A stretch of 64,000 nt of DNA from a virus. The position numbers and the translations under genes are program-made. The stretch lies in IMG/VR virus record IMGVR_UViG_3300035670_000140, positions 1-64,000 of that record; one strand, given 5' to 3'. Of the stretch, positions 7,767 to 13,283 are shown one piece after another (the stretch's first letter is position 1; each line of letters opens with the position of its first letter). The notes beneath the pieces were generated by a model. It did not search any database and was not told the origin of the DNA. It saw only the letters and a program-made list of their open reading frames with translations.

Positions 7767-7820
7767 CAGTCTAAGAGGTGGCACAGACCCCGTTGATCTG
7801 CCCACCTCACCCCCTATAAT
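7763..7820 (+). promoter_or_regulatory. Early promoter cassette 6
   Basis: 27 nt identical to cassette 4 (7760-7786 = 6941-6967); TTGATC-N16-TATAAT. Confidence 0.8.
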
Positions 7821-7936
7821 ACTTTCAGAAGCGAACCCTCCCCAGAAACCACCCGCCATCGGGACAGGTCTGACGGTAAGATCCTTCACTGCTGTAGGGG
7901 AGATCGGCACCCCAACCCAAACCAATTCTTTACATC

Positions 7937-8365
7937 ATGTCCGTCACTTTGACTGCTAGCTACAAAGAAGTCCTCGCTCCTGTTACTGTTGAGAAGATCG
8001 ATGAATTGATCGATGAGAACTATGCTCTCGATGACATGCTGGAGTTCATCGACAACCACAATGAGAACGATTTTGTTCACTATTATGAAGAGTATTGCCG
8101 TTGTGGTGAAGCAATCGGTTACGATGCTGTAGATGCTCTTATCGATGAAATGGGAGACGTTTCTGACATCGAAGGGTGTGATGATCGTTTCCGTGGTTGG
8201 TATGAATCTGAGGCAGACTTTGCTGAACAGTTCTACAACGACATCGAGAACATTCCTGCCTCTCTGGTGATCGATTGGCAAGCAACCTACGATTCTTCGC
8301 TTCGCTACGATTTCACCTCTTGTGAAGTAAAATACCGTCAGGTCGCCATCTTCAGCGACTACTAG
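7937..8365 (+). CDS. ardA: ArdA-like antirestriction (DNA-mimic) protein
   Basis: Very acidic; C-terminal FRGWYESEADFAEQFY...IPASLVIDWQATYDSSLRYDF resembles the ArdA C-terminal domain. Confidence 0.65.
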   Translation: MSVTLTASYKEVLAPVTVEKIDELIDENYALDDMLEFIDNHNENDFVHYYEEYCRCGEAIGYDAVDALIDEMGDVSDIEGCDDRFRGWYESEADFAEQFYNDIENIPASLVIDWQATYDSSLRYDFTSCEVKYRQVAIFSDY

Positions 8366-8423
8366 GACGGTTGAGGGGGTGGCACACTCCACCCCCAGAT
8401 CCCCCCGCCCTGGGCTCTATACT
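8364..8423 (+). promoter_or_regulatory. Early promoter cassette 7
   Basis: AGGACGGT-tgaggg-GGTGGCAC; TATACT 8418-8423. Confidence 0.75.
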
Positions 8424-8447
8424 GATCACATCGAAACGAAACGACCC

Positions 8448-8741
8448 ATGACCGTTCAATCCTTCATCACCAACCACGCCAGCGACAATACCTACAACGG
8501 GTGGGCAAATTACGAAACCTGGAATGTGGCACTGTGGATCATGAATGATTCATTTCTCTACAACACCGCCAAGGCATGTGTAGATTTTTGTGGTGACAAT
8601 GAGACCCCCTGGGATAAGTTCCAACGTTGCATGATGGAGGGTCAAATCGGACGTATGCTCGGGCAAACTCGGGACGGTGTGAAGTGGAACGATTCTAAGA
8701 TCAACGCCGCCGAGATCAACGACATGATGGCAGAGCTGTGA
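8448..8741 (+). CDS. Conserved phage protein with YNGWxNYETWNVALW motif (DUF7249-like)
   Basis: Motif; ATG8448 after AAACGAAACGACCC leader. Confidence 0.8.
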   Translation: MTVQSFITNHASDNTYNGWANYETWNVALWIMNDSFLYNTAKACVDFCGDNETPWDKFQRCMMEGQIGRMLGQTRDGVKWNDSKINAAEINDMMAEL

Positions 8742-8796
8742 CGGTTGAGGGGGTGTCCACCGATGCCCCCCATCCTGCCATCTGACCCTGTAGACT
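8738..8796 (+). promoter_or_regulatory. Early promoter cassette 8
   Basis: GTGACGGT-tgaggg-GGTGTCCAC; TAGACT 8791-8796. Confidence 0.75.
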
Positions 8797-8817
8797 GATC
8801 ACATCAGCAAACGACAC

Positions 8818-8994
8818 ATGCTCAAGACCCTCGCCATCCTTGCCCTCGGCGCCGCCTTCTACGCCCCCATCGCCACCGTGGGCGCTGCTGCCATCGGGTT
8901 CGCTGCCGACACCGTAGAGGCAGTCAACACCGCCACCGAGCGCCGCTGTGCCACCTACAACAGTGTCCTCCCTGGTGCCTGCCAGATGCCCTGA
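8818..8994 (+). CDS. Small secreted/membrane early protein (58 aa)
   Basis: Manually read MLKTLAILALGAAFYAPIATVGAAAIGFAA...RRCATYNSVLPGACQMP. Confidence 0.7.
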   Translation: MLKTLAILALGAAFYAPIATVGAAAIGFAADTVEAVNTATERRCATYNSVLPGACQMP

Positions 8995-9005
8995 CCCTGT
9001 AGACT
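8948..9005 (+). promoter_or_regulatory. Early promoter cassette 9, embedded in CDS
   Basis: GTGCCACC-N6-AGTGTCCTC; TAGACT 9000-9005; CTGACCCTGTAGACT also at 8782-8796. Confidence 0.7.
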
Positions 9006-9028
9006 AAACACATCAAACGAAACGACCC

Positions 9029-9190
9029 ATGACCTGCTCCAACGCCTACCGCTCCCAGTTCGCCCCCCAGTACGATGATCGCTTCCTGGACTGTGAGCAC
9101 GATGACCTGATGACCGCCGATGATTACGATGCCCGCCGCTGGGAGCGTGACGGATGGGGTGAGGCACAATACGATCGCCAGCGGTGGTGA
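9029..9190 (+). CDS. Early hypothetical protein (53 aa)
   Basis: Manually read MTCSNAYRSQFAPQYDDRF...; same leader as 7602 and 8448. Confidence 0.7.
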   Translation: MTCSNAYRSQFAPQYDDRFLDCEHDDLMTADDYDARRWERDGWGEAQYDRQRW

Positions 9191-9205
9191 CCCCTGCCCC
9201 CCATC

Positions 9206-9214
9206 TGCTACAAT
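9206..9214 (+). promoter_or_regulatory. Extended -10 promoter
   Basis: TGCTACAAT upstream of ATG9239. Confidence 0.55.
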
Positions 9215-9238
9215 ACCCTAGAACCTCTCCCCCTCATC

Positions 9239-9424
9239 ATGGCACTGTTCAACCAAGCAACCGACCTCAAGACCCGTCAGACCATCTGGGTCAGCACCAA
9301 CGTCGTTAAGGGTCGCCCCCAGATGAACTCTCACCGTGAGGGTCGCTGTGGCGCCTCACTGGCAGAGGCAGGCATCGATGGGTTCTGTGCTGCTGAGTGG
9401 GCAGGACTTCATCACGGGGGTTGA
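9239..9424 (+). CDS. Early hypothetical protein
   Basis: Downstream of extended -10; stop overlaps the next -35. Confidence 0.7.
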   Translation: MALFNQATDLKTRQTIWVSTNVVKGRPQMNSHREGRCGASLAEAGIDGFCAAEWAGLHHGG

Positions 9425-9449
9425 CCCCTCGCCCCCTACCCTGTACAAT
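9421..9449 (+). promoter_or_regulatory. Sigma70-type promoter
   Basis: TTGACC-N17-TACAAT. Confidence 0.75.
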
Positions 9450-9470
9450 ACACACAGCAACCAACACCCG

Positions 9471-9671
9471 ATGAACTTCGCCACAGCAACCAAAGCAGAA
9501 CTCATGGCAGCAGGATTCGAGATCCGAACCATTCGCCCACGTCGCCCACGTAAGGGTGAACTCATCTGCCAACGTGTAGGGTTTAAGACTAAGCGAGGCA
9601 GTCAACAGTGGCGAGATCGTGAGGCAATCTCTTCGCCCTCTGCTTATGCTGTTGTGATGGGTAACGGTTGA
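9471..9671 (+). CDS. Basic early hypothetical protein (66 aa)
   Basis: ATG9471 after promoter; Arg/Lys-rich; followed by a terminator. Confidence 0.7.
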   Translation: MNFATATKAELMAAGFEIRTIRPRRPRKGELICQRVGFKTKRGSQQWRDREAISSPSAYAVVMGNG

Positions 9672-9681
9672 CAGTATACAC

Positions 9682-9711
9682 AGGGGACAGTGATTTGTCC
9701 CCCCTTTTTTT
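9682..9711 (+). terminator. Rho-independent terminator ending the early island
   Basis: GGGGACAG-TGAT-TTGTCCCC stem followed by a T run. Confidence 0.85.
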
Positions 9712-9786
9712 ATACTTAAGGCGGCCGAGCGCCCCCCGATCCAAAAAAGTACCTTCTTTCTAACCTACAAACGTTTCCCAGCGCCC

Positions 9787-9794
9787 GATAAATA
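9787..9794 (+). promoter_or_regulatory. T4-type late promoter
   Basis: GATAAATA upstream of the first late-module ORF. Confidence 0.5.
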
Positions 9795-9854
9795 TTTCAG
9801 GGTCCCCCTATATAAAAAAAATTCCCCAGGTAAAAAATCTCAAAAAACCTCGAT

Positions 9855-10076
9855 ATGGAACACAAAGTAACTTACAAAAAGCCCGATGGCACTTTACAGG
9901 AGACATTATTTGATAATTTTGATGAATTTGCTGACAGTATGGAAAGTGTTGCCCAACAATATTATCAAGGATTGAAAGCCCCTAGCGATATTAATATTGA
10001 GACAGTTTTAGACAATGGAGAAATGAGAAATGAAAAAATTTCCTTCGATGGAAGAACTGAATGCTTATCTGAGTAA
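9855..10076 (+). CDS. Hypothetical protein
   Basis: 73-aa ORF. Confidence 0.7.
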   Translation: MEHKVTYKKPDGTLQETLFDNFDEFADSMESVAQQYYQGLKAPSDINIETVLDNGEMRNEKISFDGRTECLSE

Positions 10077-10200
10077 ATTAGAATTATTCTATAAGCCTCC
10101 TGGTGGAGATTATATGAAAATTACTGAATACTTAGATCAAGTAGAAGCAAGACTTAGAAATCTAGAAAATGCCACAGATAGTAACACCACAGACGAGTGA
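10030..10200 (+). CDS. Hypothetical protein (56 aa)
   Basis: Manually read MKKFPSMEELNAYLSKLELFYKPPGGDY...; bridges neighbouring ORFs. Confidence 0.55.
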   Translation: MKKFPSMEELNAYLSKLELFYKPPGGDYMKITEYLDQVEARLRNLENATDSNTTDE

Positions 10201-10537
10201 TACGGCAAGTACAGATGGAACCTGTACGTATCCTCCAAAACCCCTAGGAGGCGCTCCAATCGTGTCTCCGAATGTATACATAGGTAAGAAGCAGGTAGAG
10301 TTTTACACGTCCTCTACAGTGCCTTCTACAGTAGAGGGAGTGAAGATTAATCCTCTCAGTCCTTTGCCTTGTCAACCTGGCACTAGGGTAATTGTCCCTG
10401 GCATTAACAAAACTGTCTACATTAACAAGCAATTGCCAGCTGTACAGGGAGATAAGGCACAACTGTTAGGCATTGACAGATTACTGACAGCACCATTTGG
10501 TCCTGCCAGTGTGGTATTTGCTTCAAAGGGCAATTAG
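10169..10537 (+). CDS. PAAR-like baseplate spike-tip protein (gp5.4-like)
   Basis: SPNVYIG and TVYINKQLPAVQGD repeats; near gp25. Confidence 0.55.
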   Translation: MPQIVTPQTSDTASTDGTCTYPPKPLGGAPIVSPNVYIGKKQVEFYTSSTVPSTVEGVKINPLSPLPCQPGTRVIVPGINKTVYINKQLPAVQGDKAQLLGIDRLLTAPFGPASVVFASKGN

Positions 10538-10546
10538 TGCTATAAT
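10518..10546 (+). promoter_or_regulatory. Sigma70-type promoter
   Basis: TTGCTT-N17-TATAAT with extended TG. Confidence 0.7.
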
Positions 10547-10569
10547 ACACAAAGAGTTTAGAGAACACT

Positions 10570-10713
10570 ATGGCAAAAGCAACCATTAACGGCAAAACGA
10601 GTTATATTCCTGGCGCTCCTAAGAAATCTAGGCAAGGTGCTGGTGGTGGAACCAAATACGCTGCCAGTTCACGTAATTGTGCCAAGAAGAAATATCGTGG
10701 ACAGGGCAAATAA
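10570..10713 (+). CDS. Small basic Gly/Lys-rich protein (47 aa)
   Basis: Manually read MAKATING...PKKSRQG...KKKYRGQGK; has its own promoter and terminator. Confidence 0.75.
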   Translation: MAKATINGKTSYIPGAPKKSRQGAGGGTKYAASSRNCAKKKYRGQGK

Positions 10714-10724
10714 ACAATTTTGAG

Positions 10725-10751
10725 GCGTGGGAGTTTTCCTACGCTTTTTTT
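10725..10751 (+). terminator. Rho-independent terminator
   Basis: GCGTGGGA-GTTT-TCCTACGC plus T7. Confidence 0.85.
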
Positions 10752-10871
10752 ATATTTTGAGTGCTCTGAGAATCATATCTCTGAAGCCAGGACCGCTGAG
10801 GTTGTGTAAATAATAATAGAGGGATAGGAACCCCTTAAAAAGTTCTGTTTAAACCTTTACGGAGAAAACAG

Positions 10872-11054
10872 ATGGCTACTTCGCCTATTGATAAAAGTGA
10901 AGAATTTAAAAACTCGGGAATGACGTTGATTACCGAACTGTCTTCCGAAAAATATTTAAAAAAGTTAAAATATAAAATTCCTGAAGATCGTTATTCTAGA
11001 CCTTGTGGTGGTGCTAACGGTTTCGATGATTTTGTGGAGCGATGGCACGAATAG
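10872..11054 (+). CDS. Conserved hypothetical protein upstream of gp25
   Basis: GGAG SD; 60 aa. Confidence 0.7.
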   Translation: MATSPIDKSEEFKNSGMTLITELSSEKYLKKLKYKIPEDRYSRPCGGANGFDDFVERWHE

Positions 11055-11055
11055 T

Positions 11056-11063
11056 CATAAATA
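11056..11063 (+). promoter_or_regulatory. T4-type late promoter
   Basis: CATAAATA upstream of gp25. Confidence 0.6.
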
Positions 11064-11081
11064 GTCAATAAAACTATCTCT

Positions 11082-11474
11082 ATGCCTGAGTTCCAGACAT
11101 TTAAAGATTTTAATGTTAACTTTAAACCACATCCAGTAACAGGCGACTTGATGGTGGTTAAGGATTCTGCTGACATTAAGCAGTCCATTAAAAATCTTTT
11201 AATGACTAGAAAAGGTGAACGTTTGTTTCAGTCTGAAATTGGAACCAAATTATTTGACTTGTTGTTTGAACCTCTAGATTTTGCTACAGCTTCATTGATT
11301 CGTGATGAAATCATTGTAATTTTAAATAACTACGAAAAACGAGTTAGTGTCCAGAATTTATCTGTTGACACTAACTTTGAAGACAATGGTTATGACATTG
11401 AATTGTATTATACAGTTATTGGTAGAGATGATCTTCCCACCAACGTAGAGTTCTTCCTAGAGAGTGCTAGATAA
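11082..11474 (+). CDS. gp25: Baseplate wedge subunit gp25
   Basis: IKQSIKNLLMTRKGERLFQSEIG..LLFEP GPW/gp25 signature. Confidence 0.92.
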   Translation: MPEFQTFKDFNVNFKPHPVTGDLMVVKDSADIKQSIKNLLMTRKGERLFQSEIGTKLFDLLFEPLDFATASLIRDEIIVILNNYEKRVSVQNLSVDTNFEDNGYDIELYYTVIGRDDLPTNVEFFLESAR

Positions 11475-11476
11475 CT

Positions 11477-13279
11477 ATGGCATCATACGTACAAGTCTCT
11501 AATTTAGACTTCAATCAAATTAAAACTGCTCTAAAGGAATATCTTAGAGCACAATCAGACTTCACTTCGTATGATTTTGAAGGATCAGCGATGAATGTCC
11601 TTTTGGACGTTCTTGCTTACAACACTTATTACACAGCATTCAATGCTAACATGCTGGTGAATGAGTTGTTTCTGGACTCGGCAACCCTCAGGGACAACGT
11701 TGTAGCACTTGCTAAGCAGTTAGGGTATAGACCAAAATCAAAGGTCGCTCCTGAGGCGAAAATTACTTTTAGAGTGGAATATAATGGTACAGCTCCAAAG
11801 ACTGCTGTACTAAAAAAGGGCACAGGTTTCACAACTGTATTTGATGAGACTTTATATTCTTTCGTTTGTGTTGAAGATCAGTCAGCACCTGTGGAAAACG
11901 GTGTTGCTTACTTCGACGATATTCCCATTTACGAAGGAACTGTTGTTACTAACAAATTTGTTGTTAATACTTCACTGACTCAACGTTTCATTATTCAAAA
12001 TGCCGATGTTGATATCAGCTCCATTCGTGTTAAAGTTTTTGACAGTATTCAGTCAACTTTCTATGAAATCTACGAATATGCTGACAACATTCTGAATGTA
12101 ACTCCAAATTCTAGAATTTTCTTCCTGGAAGAGATTGAAGATGAAAGATATCAATTATTCTTTGGTGATGGTATTCTAGGTAAAGCATTGGAGAATGGAC
12201 AAGAGATTGAAGTTTCGTATTTGATTACCAACGGTGCTGCTACAAATGGCGCTAAAAACTTTACATACAATGGCGTACTAACAGATTTAATTGGTGCTAC
12301 TGGTTATCCAAATACTGTCATTATTAATCCTGCTGCTACTGTTGTTGCTAACGGCGGTGCTGACATCGAATCAATTGCTAAAATTAAATATAATGCCCCA
12401 AAATATTTTGGTACACAAGATCGTGCTGTTACTGCTGACGATTATGCTGCTATCGTTAGAAACATTTACCCAGCGATTTCCGACATTATTACGTTCGGTG
12501 GAGAAGAAGACGAACCACCTGAGTATGGTAAAGTAAAAATCGTAATCAAACCATCATCTGCTAGCTTCTTATCTTCTACTACAAAGAGAGATATTGTAGC
12601 AAAACTGAAGAAGTATATGGTTGCTTCGGTGATTCCAGAAATCATTGATCCATCAATTCTTTATATCGAAGCAACTAGTAATATCTACTATTCACAATCT
12701 ATCACCACCCAGAGACCAGAGGAGATTAGAAATAAGGTAGTTTCTGGTGTAGAAGCATATCTAGCACAATCAACGGTAGAAAAGTTTAACGGAAAGTTTA
12801 GATTTAGTAAATTTGTATCAACAATTGATAATTCTGATCGTTCAATCAATTCAAATGCTACAACGATTAAAATGAGAAAGGATTTCTATCCTCAAATCAA
12901 TTCTTCATCTTACTACGAGCTTTGCTTCCAGAATCCATTTGACAAAGATTGTGAAGGTCCAACGCTTCAGTCAACAGGATTCAAAGTCACCGAGTTCCCT
13001 ACCTACACAGTGTATTTCGAAGATAGGGATGGCATAATCGTCCTATATAGAATAGACAGTTTAACTGGTGAAAAAATTACATTAAATGATTCTCTAGGTA
13101 CAGTAGATTATGACAAAGGCGAAGTTAAACTATACAATTTAACTATCGTTCAAGGTAGTTTTGATGATAATAAGATTGAAGTACGTGTAAATCCACTTTC
13201 TAATGATATCAGTGCTTCAAGAGAAGTGTATCTAGATGTAGATATCAGCAAGAGTAAATTTACTGCGTATCCAGAGTAA
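11477..13279 (+). CDS. gp6: Baseplate wedge subunit gp6
   Basis: LDFNQIK..L..YL...FTSYDFEGS; QDRAVTADDY; follows gp25. Confidence 0.93.
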   Translation: MASYVQVSNLDFNQIKTALKEYLRAQSDFTSYDFEGSAMNVLLDVLAYNTYYTAFNANMLVNELFLDSATLRDNVVALAKQLGYRPKSKVAPEAKITFRVEYNGTAPKTAVLKKGTGFTTVFDETLYSFVCVEDQSAPVENGVAYFDDIPIYEGTVVTNKFVVNTSLTQRFIIQNADVDISSIRVKVFDSIQSTFYEIYEYADNILNVTPNSRIFFLEEIEDERYQLFFGDGILGKALENGQEIEVSYLITNGAATNGAKNFTYNGVLTDLIGATGYPNTVIINPAATVVANGGADIESIAKIKYNAPKYFGTQDRAVTADDYAAIVRNIYPAISDIITFGGEEDEPPEYGKVKIVIKPSSASFLSSTTKRDIVAKLKKYMVASVIPEIIDPSILYIEATSNIYYSQSITTQRPEEIRNKVVSGVEAYLAQSTVEKFNGKFRFSKFVSTIDNSDRSINSNATTIKMRKDFYPQINSSSYYELCFQNPFDKDCEGPTLQSTGFKVTEFPTYTVYFEDRDGIIVLYRIDSLTGEKITLNDSLGTVDYDKGEVKLYNLTIVQGSFDDNKIEVRVNPLSNDISASREVYLDVDISKSKFTAYPE

Positions 13280-13283
13280 TTAG

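Noticed and set aside
7861-7913. HDV-like or hammerhead ribozyme
   Set aside because: P1 cannot be completed (CTGTAGG versus GGGACAG), and there is no CTGANGA/GAAA core.
5063-8447. Longer upstream starts in the ORF track (5063, 6959, 7122, 8379)
   Set aside because: They begin inside promoter elements or upstream genes; downstream ATGs after the shared leaders fit better.
5842-8760. Integron attC array
   Set aside because: No RYYYAAC/GTTRRRY ends, the sites are too short, there is no integrase, and each cassette has its own promoter.
5017-9005. Repeated dyads as a CRISPR array
   Set aside because: The copies are degenerate, 210-850 bp apart and separated by whole genes; no cas genes.
9147-9167. 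Tenth dyad (GTGACGGA...TGAGGCAC)
   Set aside because: Spacer is 5 nt and the distance to the -10 is about 49 nt instead of 37-40; possibly a relic.
7449-9605. Minus-strand ORFs in the GC-rich island
   Set aside because: They are shadows of promoter-supported + strand genes; high GC lowers stop-codon frequency.
10818-10846. preQ1-I riboswitch
   Set aside because: Similar topology, but the conserved ligand-binding loop and tail residues are missing and no queuosine gene lies downstream.
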